From: Camelus ferus | Taxonomy: Eukaryota | NCBI RefSeq assembly: GCF_009834535.1 | Contig: NC_045696.1 | Location: 63,366,001-63,430,000, forward strand | Length of the DNA stretch: 64,000 bases | Direction of reading: 5' to 3' | Part shown: one piece after another, positions 52,150 through 64,000 of the stretch | Layout of the letters: every line of letters begins with the position of its first letter | Position numbering within the stretch: position 1 is the first letter of the stretch | Notes under the pieces: generated by a model | Databases searched by the model: none | What the model was told of the DNA's origin: nothing | What the model saw: the letters and a program-made list of their open reading frames with translations, nothing else | Program-made: the position numbers and the translations under genes

Positions 52150-52835
52150 AAAATGGGTGCAAATTCATCATTTCTCAGCCCGCTCAACCTGCTTCCATTT
52201 ATGTGGTCCTCCTCTGCAGGGAAGGGCACCTCCGCCGCTCAGCATCCAGCTAGAAACTTGATAATCAGCTTAAATCATTCCCTGCCCCACACCCCACCAG
52301 CATCCAGTTAAAGTTGTCTATCTCTCAAAGCTTTCTATTTCTCTCCATTCCCACTGCTACAATCTTAGTTCCACCACCTGTGTCTGTCTTGCTCACCATC
52401 GCAGTCTCAGCACCCAGCAGAGGACCTGTCAAGTGATTGCTCATAGTATTGAATCAGTGAATGAGAGAGTGATTGGACCGGCGTAGACCTTCCATGACGA
52501 TCTCTCTAGTCTCTTCTCTCCCCGCACTCCAGCTTACCCTTTACCTGGCAACCGTCCTGAACTCCTCTTGGCTCCATGTACATCCACCTCTGCCGGAAGC
52601 CTTCTCTTGTTCTCCTGTCTGAATAAGATGGCTCCTCTGTGCTTCCGAGCACGCACGCCTAGCCTTTTCCTGCAGAGCCCATCTCCCACACACTGGCATC
52701 GCCTCTTTGTGTGTCCATTGTTCTCACCTGACACTAAGTTCCCGGAAACAGCACCTGTATTTTACTAGTCATTGCATTCCCAGCACTCCGCACACAGGAG
52801 GTGCTCCTTAAATATTTGTGGACTAAATGAACGTC
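52150..52835 (+). mobile_element. LINE L2 fragments
   Basis: 'ttctctccattcccactgctac' and a 3' tail 'cacacaggaggtgctccttaaatatttgtggactaaatgaa'. Confidence 0.55.
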
Positions 52836-53779
52836 TAGAAATGCCTGTTTCTCCACCTCATTCCTTGCCATCCTGATGTCTCCTTCAGTCCCTCACTCCA
52901 TCCATCTGGGTTTTGCCACTGGGCACTCTGATGTGCAGTGCAGTCCATGAGCCTCGGGACCAGCTCCACTGGAAGTTTGTATCTGGGCCCTGGCATCGCC
53001 CGTCTCGGTTCTTGGCCCATATTGGAGCACTTTGTTCAGAACATCCTGACTTGCACAGTAGGATGTGCATCGCAGGTTTGACCTCCCGGGGTCTGTCCAG
53101 TACTCACGCCCTGGCCTTTTCTGACTAGGTCTCCTATAGTGTTTTGTGCTAGGCTGATCCCCTCACTGGGCTGTGAACCCCCAGGCAGGGGTGACATCTA
53201 ATTCATGTCTGACCACCCTCCCCTACCCACCCCAGCAGCACCCAGAACAAGGACTTGTTTGTGCATGGTAGGTCCCCAGGAAAGGGCAGATGGTTTCCTT
53301 GGATGGATCAGAAACCAAAGGGATTCAAGGAGGAGGGGGGCTCTGGGAATTAGGAAGACTGGAGGGAAGTCCCGAAGGTGAGTGTGCCTGGAGAAAAGGG
53401 GAGACATTTCTCACCAAGAATGGGGGTGAAGGAGGAGATGGTGTGGCAGGAACAGCAGAGGAACCAGAGGTGTGGGAGGGAGGGGGAGGGGAGGGCAGAG
53501 CTGCGGGTCCCAGCGCCCTGCTGGACGTGCCCACGGCCCCGGGCGGGCAGCCAGCCAGGCTGTGGGCCCGCAGGGCTGCACCGAGGGAGCTGGCGGGCCG
53601 TGCGCTCCCCGGCCACAGGGGCCCTTGCTCTCCCCATGTGATATAAAGGGCCCCACACCCTTTTTTATCAAAGTAAGAATTAAGTCAGAGAAGTGCTTTC
53701 TGTCTCCTCTAGAAAGGATGTGAACCAAAGACTAGTTATCTTCACCGCTATCATCACCACCATCCCCTCGCCATTTCTC

Positions 53780-53910
53780 ACATCTGTTTAGCCAGGTATT
53801 CACCTTTATTATCTCATTTTGATCATCACAGCTGCCATTATTTCTACCTCAGAGTTGAAGACACAGAAGTTCAGAGAGGTTGAAGGGCTAGCCCAAGGTC
53901 ACACAGCCAG
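53780..53910 (-). mobile_element. MIR SINE
   Basis: 'attatctcattttgatcatcaca...gttcagagaggttgaagggctagcccaaggtcacacagc'. Confidence 0.75.
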
Positions 53911-55807
53911 CCCTGTGGGTGGCGGTGGGGGTGGTGTGGATTGAGATTCGTGCTCTGGAATTCCTCTTAGTGTCAGCCTGGGCACAGCCCAAGTCTGTGC
54001 GTGTACAGGTGTCAGTGTGCCCATCCGATTTTCTCCATAGGCACCTGCGTTCTCCACGCCTCTGAACGTCTGGGAGTGCGTGGATGGTTCAGAGTGTGCC
54101 TCTGCAGGTGTGGGTGTGTGGGACTGTGTAGGGGCATCCTTGGGGGAACGGGCGTGTGCGAATGTGGCCTGGGCTTGTACGCGTGCGGGCACGCAGGCGC
54201 TCTCCCCCTTCTCAGATGTCTTGGCTGTAGGTTTGACAACTGAAACCCAGCTGCGCTCTGGCCGGGAAACATCCGCTGTGGAAACCTAGGAGGAGCTGAC
54301 AGTCCCTAAAGAGGGGTTACACGTGCTGCCAGCAAGCGCTCCTGGCCCACTGCCTAATTCCCTGCAAATGCTCTTTAAATCTGTTTCTAATTTGGACTCT
54401 GCCTTCCCCTGCCTCCACCCACTCCTCCCCACCCTCCCAACTTGCCTCAAACCAGTCAAATTATGCTGAATAATGGCTGCAGAGGGGGGAGAGTGCTAAA
54501 GGTCACCAGTGGGCTGTTGGAGGGTGTAATAATGTCACATTTTAATTTACGCAGGGGATGGTGCGGGGATCAAAACCAATAAATTTGGGCTGCGCTCACA
54601 ACGCTAGCCAAGGGTAACTCCTGTAGGCCATGCCACTTCCAGGGAAGAAATCACAAACCGTCACACCCCACAGTCCACTGTGCTGAGGAAAACCCATGTG
54701 TGTATGTACAGATGCAAAACGCGGCATTTTCTGTCTGCAAGGGGACTTGTATTTGGAGACCCGCAGCATCAGCAAGAATCTCTCCAGTTGTCAGGGTCTT
54801 ACCCAGATGTTCTGGGTATTAAGATCCTAAAACAAAATATGTCTTCCATATATTTTGCAGTCCTGTGAAATATTCAACACCAGAATGACCCAGAACCATG
54901 GGAAAGTGTATACAAAGCGGAGTGAGAAGAGTGGAAAGCAGAGTTGTATGTACACATTGATGGCAGCTCTGAAAGCTTATTTACATGCAAGAAAGGTGGG
55001 GAGGGGGCTGCGAGGAGACATCTGTCGGAACTGTGTTTGTATTGTGGAGTTGCGGCTAGGATTTGAGGTTCAGTTGTTTTAATAATTAATGTGGACTTAA
55101 AGCAGGCATTCTCGGAAGGCAGAGCACTTGCTCTCCTGACCTTGTAGGGTCCCTTGTGGACCAATGGAGTCCAGAGACTGGAGGTCTAGAGATGGTTCTC
55201 ACCTGGGCTATGTGGCCAGGTAGCTGGGAAAGCCAGGAGCAGGACCAAGCCCTGGGTTGCTGGTGTCTGGAGGCCTTGGCCAGGGAGGCCGTGATCGTGG
55301 TGTTCTGGGGAGAGCCCTGCCCCTCCCTCCACCGTCCTGAGAGTCTGCAACTGGCGTGTGTTCCAGGGGCTGCTGAGGGGGTCTGGCTTGCTGCCCATCC
55401 CTCAGCTGGCTCTGCAGCCGCGGGAAGGTGGGGTTTGCAGTCCTGGGGGCCACCGCCGGGAAACTGTGAGGCTGTCAAGACTCTGGAGCGCGCGCTGCTC
55501 CATCTGGTTGGAAAGGAAGTGAGGTAGGGGGAGCTGCTCAGGGTTGAATGACACCCTGAGGACTTCTGCACCTCTTTCCCTGCCACACATCAGACAGTGG
55601 CCACCAGGATGCCTTGGGAAGAAAGAAGTGAAGGGGGCCCACATGTCTGCCCTGCCCTGGTGTCTGTTTCCGGTTTCATCCCTCAAGGTGTTTCCCTTTC
55701 ATGTCTTTTTCCTTTTTAAACGGTTGCCATCTATTCAGTTGTCTGTGATGCTAAGGACTTTGCATATGTCAAAGTCTCAATCCTCAGGTCACGCCTGCAA
55801 GGTAAGC

Positions 55808-56260
55808 GTGACAGAGATGGCAGACCTTCCTCCAGAAGTCCCTTCTTCCCGGAGTTCTTGCCGGGAAGTAGCTGCTCATCCGTGGATCGTATCTTTAACC
55901 CCCTTTATAGACAGCTGCAGCCCAACGACTGGGTTCTGACCAATGGATTGTGAGCAGAAGTGAGTTGCTTCACTTCAGAGCCTGGCCCATAAAAACCTCC
56001 CAGGAAGCTTTCTCTAAACTCTATCCCCTTCTGCCTGGATGGACTAGGGACAACCCCCAGGGTGACCTTGGAAACCACAGATTTAAAATCACGGAACATC
56101 TATCAGCCTGGGGATCTGAATGCCTGTGTGGAGAAAAACTGCCCAGCCAGTAGGCTCCCTGCCCAGTCGTGAGCACGAAGTAAACTTATATCCTCTTGTT
56201 TCCAAGCCATTATACTTTAGGGGATCTGTTTGTTATAGTAGTGAACCTACCCAAAGTAAT
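55808..56260 (+). mobile_element. Old MLT1 (MLT1I/J-like) LTR inserted into a MIR (MIR halves ~55735-55807 and ~56265-56400)
   Basis: 'gggttctgaccaatggattgtgagcagaagtga...taaactt...aagccatta...tttgttatagtag'; MIR resumes with 'cccattttacagatgaggaaactgagactcagagagg'. Confidence 0.72.
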
Positions 56261-56709
56261 TAATTAGGAATTTTCACTCCCATTTTACAGATGAGGAAAC
56301 TGAGACTCAGAGAGGAAAATAAATTGCCCAAGGTCACATATTCAGTTCTAGCAGGGTCATGATGCATGTCTAGTTCTCTCCAGTTTCAAGGTCATGCTCT
56401 AGTCGTGTGAATTTCCCCAAGTGTGTTCCATGGAGTGCTAATTAACACAACCCCTTTCTCCAAAAAAAATTCCATGCTCAAATAAGTTTGGGAAATGCCA
56501 ACTTGAACAGAGTCAAGAGACTTCTTCCTGCAGCTCTTTTCAGGGGGTTTGCATGCTAATGACCTCTAAGAGTCACTACAGTGGCATCTAGCATGCAGGG
56601 TGCAGGGGTTTCTAAATCTGAGACCTCAGGGCCTTTCCTCTACAGAGCTTCTTTGAGAACAGCAAGCCTGGAGCACACTCTGGGAGAGGCTGGACTCCGG
56701 TGTGCTGCT

Positions 56710-57195
56710 CGTTATGGGTTGAATTGTCTCCCCACCAAACTCCCCAAAAGAGACATTGAGGCCTTAACACTGCCTCAGAATGCGACCTTGTTTGGAAATA
56801 GGATCTTTGCAGATTTAACCAAGTTAAGATGAGGTCTTTGGGTGGGCCCTAATTCAGTATAACCAGTGTCCTTGTAAAAAGGGAATTTTGGACACAAAGA
56901 CAGACAGGCACAGAGGAAAGACGATGTGAAGAGACACAGAGACACACCAGGAGAATGCCATGTAAGGACAGAGGATTGGAAAGATGCATCACTAAGCCAA
57001 GGAAGGCCAAGGATGGCCAGCAAACACTGGAAGTTAGCAGAGACAGGAAGGATTCTCTGTAGAGCTGTCCAAGGGATCGGGGCCCTGCCAACACCTTGAT
57101 CTCAGACCTCTAGCCTCCAAAACTGTGAGAGAATAAATTTTTGCTGTCTTAAGACACCCAGTTTGTGGCACTTAGTCCTGGAAAAGGAATACTCT
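56710..57195 (+). mobile_element. MLT1C/D-like MaLR solo LTR
   Basis: 'gttatgggttgaattgtc...gaccttgtttggaaataggatctttgcagat...aagccaaggaa...cctgccaacaccttgatctcagac...aactgtgagagaataaattt...cccagtttgtggcac'. Confidence 0.9.
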
Positions 57196-57339
57196 GCCTC
57201 GAGGTCCTGTCAAGACTGAGGTTTCTTTGCGATGTTACCTTACAGATAATCATCCAAATGGCCAACTGTGATGGCTTCAGTTTACTAAGACACAGATAGA
57301 GGGAGAGGGATATGGGAGGGACAAGGGCCCGCTAAGAGC

Positions 57340-57760
57340 TTCAGCTTCGGTGCCTGGCTCTGCATCCCACTTTGACTACTTGCCCTTTCTGTGCCCAGTT
57401 TGCTCTTTTGTAAGGTGGGGTTAGCACGGCTCACACTCACTTCATAGGGGGAGGGGAGGGTTAAATGAACTAACATACCTAAAACATCTAGACTAGAATC
57501 TGGCAGAGTGCTAGTGCCCAATCCTTTAAAATTATCCCGGCGGGATGGCATGGTAACTGCAGGGCAGGCCAACCTGTGTTTGAATCCAGACTCTGCTCTT
57601 CCCCAATGACGTTACCTGGAGCAGTTTGCTGAATCTTTCTGAGTCTTAGTCTCCCCATTTCTATGGTAGAGAAAGTCATGCCTGTTGTTAACAGAGGATC
57701 TTCAAAGAAGGTAAATCATAACCCTCAGACAGATAACAAATGAACACACGTGAGTGGTTT
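57340..57760 (+). mobile_element. Two tandem MIR SINEs
   Basis: 'ctgtgcccagtttgctcttttgtaagg...gggttaaatgaactaacatacctaaaacatctag' and 'cctgtgtttgaatccagactctgc...ctttctgagtcttagtctccccatttctat'. Confidence 0.65.
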
Positions 57761-58109
57761 CAACTTACTGTTAACGAGTGGAGTGGGGAGATGTTACACT
57801 GGTTCAAAGAAGAATCCTAAAAACAGACACACGAGCAGGTCAGAAATCTTGAAATGCGTTTTCAAGTGGACACAGTGAACTGGGTTTTGCAGAGGGACAG
57901 AGTCTACCAAGCTGATTTGTGTGTCCAGAGTCAAGAATCCCTGTGTGTCCTTTGCTCCCCACAACTTACAGAGCTGCAGAAGGAACTCAGAGGCTGGAAT
58001 TAGATAACCCGCAAGGGTGTGCTCTAAACAACACAGACTTTTCTCTTAGAGACACTCAGCAATCTTTTCTGCTTATTCCAGGTTTCCTTATGGTCTCTCA
58101 CATATTTAT

Positions 58110-58400
58110 AGGTATGGGACTAGAAAAAGATAGATGAATATGTGAAAGAAGCAAGTTGCTCAATAAAATATGATCCTATTTTCATAAAAACAAGCAAGCT
58201 ATGTGTGTGTGTGTTGTGTGTGTATGTGTGCGCACACGGGTGGGTGTGTATATATAATGCTGATTAAACACAGACCCGCGTCAGGGAGAAGACACAGACT
58301 GCGAACGACGCCCGCCTCTGGAGGGCGGGATGGGGGACCGGGATGTGGATGGAGGCATCCACGGCTCACTTCCTAAATTTCTGTTTGAATAAAAAGCAGT
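58110..58400 (+). mobile_element. L1ME-like 3' end relic with internal (TG)n and a GC-shifted patch
   Basis: 'gtgaaagaagcaagttgc...tatgatcctatttt' and a degenerate 'actg..aac....g..cctctgg' block. Confidence 0.5.
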
Positions 58401-59359
58401 ACCTGCTTCACAGTATATTGTGAATGAGGAGTGTCTGAATGAGAAATGTGTTCTCCGTGCTTGGCGCAATGCCTTGCATTCAGTACATGGCGGGTTTTGT
58501 GATTAGTATTAACGAACATTCGTACTGCCCAGCATCCCCAGGCCTGTCCTCAGGAAGAAAACACTAAGAGGGGCACCCGCCCTGCTGCCCAAGGACCTCT
58601 CCTGAGAGGAGCTGGTTTGGAGTCCTGGGCTGGGGTTTGGGGACCCACTTGCACGGCCCTCGCCCCGCAGAGGCTTGGAAGGGGCTTCCTTCCTGAGTTA
58701 CAGCCTGGGGGTGGCCCCCGTCTGCTGCGTTTCCTCAGCCCTGCTGGCATGCCATGTGACTTATGACAAAATTTTCTCTTAAATCAATGGGATTCTTTCT
58801 TGTTTTGGGAGACAATGGAGGTAACCTCATTAGTTTACCCTTTCTTCTGGCTTGTGTCTCTCATTGTGTGGCTGCGCAGGCCTGCCGTAGGATTTAAGCC
58901 ACCTCTTTTCATGACATGTGTCTCTTCCTGTGAGACTTCCTAAAGCAACTTAGTGGCAAAAAGTAATGTGGTCCTCATAGTTCAGAACAGAAATGACAAT
59001 GAACTGAACACATGGTTTTACAAAGTAAATATCTGCTTGCAAAATGTTTGGAAGTAATGTTAAAGTGCAATGTGCAAAATTTAAAATAAAGAATATTTAT
59101 TAATATGCATAGTGAAACAAACAAACAAACAAAAAACAAACCGTATTTAGTCGTGACAAGCTCCTAGGCCACAGGAGGGGGCCTGGCTGGGCTGAGCCCC
59201 GAGCCCTCCTCCTGCCTAGGGTGGGGACTGAATCACGTGTCAGCTCCAGATGCATGCAGTTAGCATTCACCAGCAGGGGAAATGGGTGCTGGTCACAATG
59301 TGCAAAGAGACAAATTCAAGTTTTTGAGGATCTAATTTTAGCCTCAGACTCATCCCTAA

Positions 59360-59850
59360 AGGACAGCCTTGGTACAGTGGAGAGGACTTGGGATGGATCA
59401 GAACACCTGACCCTGGTGCAGGCTTGGCCATTAACTGCCTTCATCACCATGAACTGAGCCTCAGTTTTCCCACCTGTCCAATGGGAATAAGCCTAGGTTT
59501 TATCTCCAAGGGCTATTATGAAGCTCAAACGAAATGGTGTCTGTGAAAGTGCTTTGTGAGCAGTGAAGTTCTGTAGAGATGTAGTTTCGGTTGATGGCAC
59601 GAGATACTTCAGAGTGTTTCATATGCTTTACTGATAGCAAATGTTTTATGGCACTTAACCAGAGCCAGGCCCTGCTGTAGGTGCTTAACAAGTATCTAGT
59701 CATTCAGTATTCACAGCGGTCCCAGGAGGAGTGTGCTATTATCCAACTCCCATTTGACAGATGAGAAAACAGAGGCAAAGAGAGGATAGTAACTCCACAA
59801 GCCTCCCCGTGGCAACAGGCCCACCTGGGCAGAACCTTTCCCCAGGGACC
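59360..59850. mobile_element. Two MIR SINEs in opposite orientation
   Basis: 'ctgagcctcagttttcccacctgtccaatgggaataa' (+) and 'cccatttgacagatgagaaaacagaggc' (-). Confidence 0.8.
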
Positions 59851-59889
59851 CGTCTCTTCACTAGACCCACAGACACAACTGGGTTCTCT

Positions 59890-60520
59890 TTTCCTTTTTA
59901 TTGTTGAATGTTTCAACATACGTAAAGTAAAAAGAGTATTACAATAAAATCACAGGAACTCTCATTACCCAGCTTTATTAATTATTAATTCACGGCCAAT
60001 TTCCTTCATTTTTATCCTCCTCTTTCCCTGATTTATTCTGAAACAAATCCCAGATATTATGTGTATATATTTCATTTTGTGTTTCCACAAAATATTCTTC
60101 CAAAAACATTTGTCATGAAACTTGTCACCTAAAATTTTTTAAGTCATATTATCAACTATTCAAAAAAATTGTTCATTTGAATTGGGATACAAAAAAAGTT
60201 CATATATGGGACTTGGTTGGTAGGTCCCTTAAGATTTTTGATACCTATGATTCCTCTTCCATTTTTTTTTTTTCGTTTATTGTAGTTGTTTGAAGGTGTT
60301 GTAGGTTGCTTGCCCTGTGGAATTCACCACAGGATGGATTTTGCTAAATGCACCTTTATGGTTTGCTTATGGTTATGGTCCCTCCGTTTCCTAGATTTTT
60401 CTGTAAACTGGTAGTCTCATCCAGAGGGCTGCTCTGATTCAGTCTTTTGGGGTTTTTTTGTTTTGTTTCATTTTGATTTGTTTTAGCAAGAACACTTCAT
60501 GGGTAATATCCTTTTCCTCC
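59890..60520 (-). mobile_element. L1MC4/5-like 3' end fragment
   Basis: 'ttttttattgttgaatgtttcaacatac...ttattctgaaacaaatcccagatattat...ctgtggaattcaccacaggatggattttgct'. Confidence 0.65.
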
Positions 60521-61629
60521 TTCCAGTCCCCCAACTATTGGTCTCTATTCTGCTCAGCGTCTAGGTTGCCATCTGGAAAAAGTGTGTCCTGGGAGTGGGG
60601 ACGCTGGGATCTAATGGGGGCAAAACTGAGAAAGAAATAGCTCAAGACAACGTCTAGAAAACTCAAGGTCTTTACCTGCATCCTCGTTTAGTTAGGAAGG
60701 CTCCCCTTCCTTGTAATAGTAGCTATCACTTCTTGAATGTTTACAAAATGCCAGGTGCTGTTTTAATTGTCTTTAATGTAAAAAACAATTTTATTCTTCT
60801 GAGCAACCCTGTGCAGTCAGCAGTAATAGTATTATCACTTAGCAAAGGGGAACCAGGCCCAGAAAGATTAAATCACCTGCCCCAGCTCTCACCACAGTGT
60901 TCGCCAGATAGTCCCGTCTCTGGGAGTCTTTGACTTTGGGACTCTCCGGGCCTGTATCATCAACATACTGTAAAATCCTGCAGTCTCACTCTGATTACCC
61001 TTCATGATCTCAAAATAGTGTGTCAACTGCAGGTTCCTCTTTTATCTTTTGGGGAGTTTGCCTCTGGGACAACTGCTCACATCCAGATTCCTCGTCTCAG
61101 GGTCCCCTTGTAGACATAAGAATCACACTCTCTTGTCTTCTCTTTGAAAGCTAGATTCAGGGAAATGGCCCCTCCACCTGCAGCCCTGGCCTTTCTCTTG
61201 ATGCTAGAGGGCCACAGTGATGCCTTCCTTTAAAGGCAATCTGTTAGGCACCGTTTTTATTTTATTTTATTTTTTTTGACCATTTTGCAAAATACCCACT
61301 CCTCACCCCACATGATAAAACCTATTCACTCATCTGCTGGCCTTAGAGCTAGAGCTCTTGCTGCTCGCCCTGGGGCTGGGGCTAAACCACGAACCTCTCT
61401 GTCTCACCTGCAGAACTGGGATAATGATCTCTGCATTTTACAGGGCTGCTGCTTGCCTCAGGCTTCTCACCAGAAACGGGGAACCAATCGTATATCATGT
61501 GACAGCTTCAAGAACCAACCACAAAGTTTTACCGGGAGCCAAACCTCTCTGTTTGGGAAACACGAGGAGTGTAGGGCTAGGGTTGGGGCTGAGAAGCGGG
61601 TGTGGAGAGGGGGGAACAGCAGGCAATGG

Positions 61630-61760
61630 CAGGCCCAGCTACATAATTTGCAGCGTTTATTGCAGAATCCAGGATGTGGGGTCACTTGTTCAAAAATTAT
61701 CCCGAATTTCAAGATGGTGACAACAGAAGATAAAATCAAACACGGGGCCTTTCCAAGTCA
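61630..61760 (+). mobile_element. MER53 hAT MITE (partial)
   Basis: 'caggcccagctacataatttgc...cttgttcaaaaattat...gaatttcaagatggtgacaacagaag...cggggcc' matches recalled MER53. Confidence 0.75.
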
Positions 61761-62949
61761 ACCCTCATTGGTAGTTTGGGACCCTCCAAAACACTTGTAA
61801 ATGATGTGATGTTTCTCATGTGAAATGAGGCCAGCTAGGCTGCTTGTATTATGTGCTGCCTCTTTTCATTGTGCCTCAGCTAACTCTGATCTGTGGAATA
61901 TTCCAGACAGAGGAATAATGGGAATAAACAGAGAGTGTCCGGGGGAAAGTCCTGAGTGTCTGAAGACCACACCTTGGCAAAAATGGGATGGCTTAGCAGT
62001 GATTTCTGCCTCAGAGGGAGGGGGTGGGGGCAAGCAGAGTGTGGAAATGCACATCTGTTGACTTGGTGATACATACAAACCCTGGGAAGTAAAGCCCACA
62101 GTAGCCTCTTGGATTCAAGGTGCAGAGAAGGTAGGTGAGGAAGCCTGGCACAGCGCTGCGTTAGAGAAGTTTGGGAAACAGTGCCTTTGATTCTTCTTGA
62201 AAAACAGCAATGCAAGGAGTAACATTTGGTAGCTGTTTATTAACGTAGAAGAAACCTGGAAATATGAAATGACAGAAGGCCGAAGGGATTTCTTTGAGGA
62301 GAACCCACAGCAGAATGGAAGGCCCTGGGGCACCGGCCTTCCACTGCTCTTGTAGAGGAGAAGCTGGCTGCTCTATGGATGGGGCCGTATCCAGAAGTTG
62401 GGGGCAGGAATGTCTGGAGTTTGTGTACCAGGCAGTTTTTCCCCAGCTATCTCTGCAGGATGTAAGAGATACCGCCTTCAGAAACCCTAGGGATAAGAAT
62501 CCACGTTGCATGACCCGGGGGGCACTCCTCACCTTCTAGTCTATCAGGGGATGGTCCTCCACGGTGTCTTTCCCACGCTCTGCAGTGGGGCAACACCCCA
62601 CTGGCTGTCTGGGGCAGCTGAGCACCTCTCTCCTCCGAGGTGGAGACATTCTAGCAAGCAACAGCTTTCCCACTGGTGGTCAGTGTGGTCCCCCGTGGGA
62701 CATGGCCATAGCCGACAAGGGACGTCCTATGTCCTTTTCTCTTTTCTGCTTCCCCCTGGGCACACCACTGAGTTCCCACTAGGGGATGAAACCAACTTAG
62801 AGCAAAGTCATCCCGACTCTAGAAAGCAAAACTTGGTCTTTCTGAAAAGGTACTGAATTAACTCGAACGCTCACTTAATCCTTAAATCTGGATATCTTTT
62901 CCGAGGGTGATTCACTATGACTCTCAGTCAGTGTTGAAGACTGCAGCGA

Positions 62950-63150
62950 TCGAGAGCGCAGAACCTACAGCCAGACTGTGGGAGTTCAAATCCCACCACT
63001 GCCAGTACTGGCTGTGTGAACTTGAGCAAGTCTGTGCCTCAATTTCCTCATCTGCAAAATGGGGATAATATTATGGGTTGTAGGGGTAGTTATAGGAGTC
63101 AATACAAGAAAAATCCCTCTGTCATGTAGTAAATATTACTATTATTATTA
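62950..63150 (+). mobile_element. MIR SINE
   Basis: 'gagttcaaatcccaccactgcc...gctgtgtgaacttgagcaagtctgtgcctcaatttcctcatctgcaaaatggggataat'. Confidence 0.88.
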
Positions 63151-64000
63151 AATGATAACTATGATTAAATAACTATATACAATTATTATTAAATAAAAAG
63201 TTGACCTTACTGGTTTCTCGATGGCACCAGTACCTTATGTGGAGTAATTTTTTGGTCTATGACTAAAACATCGAGTGTCACTACCTAAAAGCAGCTTCTT
63301 AAATTGGCTCAAAAGTCAGTATTCCTGTGTCCAGAGGAGCAGATTTTTTTTTTCTCACTTTGGAAGAAAAATGAAAAGGAAAGAAGCGATTTCTTCTGTG
63401 GAGCTGGATGCTTTCCAGAACCGTATGGCCATACTTTAAATTGATGAATGGCTGAATTGCTGGTGGAGACCCTGACAGGCAGGGACTGCTGGGATGTTAA
63501 AATAAAATGATAGAAAATGAAGACAATTCAGCTTGAGTTTCCACAGGGGCATTTGATCCGACCAGACTTCTTGCCAGAGCAAATGAGACCAGAGTGAGCT
63601 AACACCTGTAACAACATGCTTGTTGCCACTGCCTGAAGGGCAGCCACCGTGAGAGGGAAAAGGAAATAAATAGTTGGGGGAGGGCAGACAAAGGAGAGGT
63701 GCAGGCCTGGGGACCCGAGCGCTTCATGCCGCTTTTGAAATGACAGTGGATTTCTAAAAACTGAGCACAACTTAAAAGAGGAGAAGAAGAGGCTCCCAGC
63801 CTGTGAAGCTGATGCCCAGCCCCGGGTCCACCAGGTCTGAACTCCTCTGTGTCGGAGCTGTGTGCGGCCTATCAGAGGGGTAAAAGGAGGGGGAGGGGAC
63901 ACAAAGATAAGGAACACACAGCCCACGGTACCTGGGGCTCATGGCCCAGGACAAGGAAAACATGTGTGTAGGGTGCACTCTCACGGCCGTCTGCCAGGGT

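Noticed and set aside
55846..55870. Inverted repeat cttcccgg...ccgggaag
   Set aside because: Only an 8-bp stem inside an LTR relic; compatible with chance.
1..64000. Prokaryote-style systems (CRISPR arrays, operons, rRNA/tRNA genes) or an intact ERV/transposase
   Set aside because: The sequence is mammalian. I saw no regularly spaced repeat-spacer array, no long intact ORF and no RNA-gene signature.

Overview
Mammalian non-coding genomic DNA, most likely from a camelid (alpaca/camel). This rests on a Vic-1-like tRNA-derived SINE and cetartiodactyl-type L1 3' ends; I saw no Alu, B1/B2, Bov-tA/BovB, PRE1 or CanSINE. I could not identify any exon of a conventional protein-coding gene. Nearly all ORFs in the track are chance ORFs from GC-rich or repeat DNA. 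The one recognisable coding sequence is a full-length processed retrocopy of COX5B (minus strand, ~25514-26053). It has 16-bp target-site duplications, sits inside an MLT1 LTR, keeps an open 139-codon frame and carries an in-frame 29-bp insertion that exactly matches the reverse complement of DNA ~850 bp away. Other features are a CpG island at ~8.6-9.3 kb with no identifiable gene, an ~8-kb compound antisense old L1 with a nested Tigger MITE and twin hairpins, and many MIR/L2/L3/MER/MLT relics. Some relics look strongly AT->GC shifted. Several repeat-free blocks rich in SOX/homeodomain/POU motifs look like enhancers. I found no support for a novel multi-gene biological system; the notable items are mutational footprints and candidate regulatory elements. 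Repeat family names come from my recall of consensus sequences, not from a search, and repeat boundaries are approximate.
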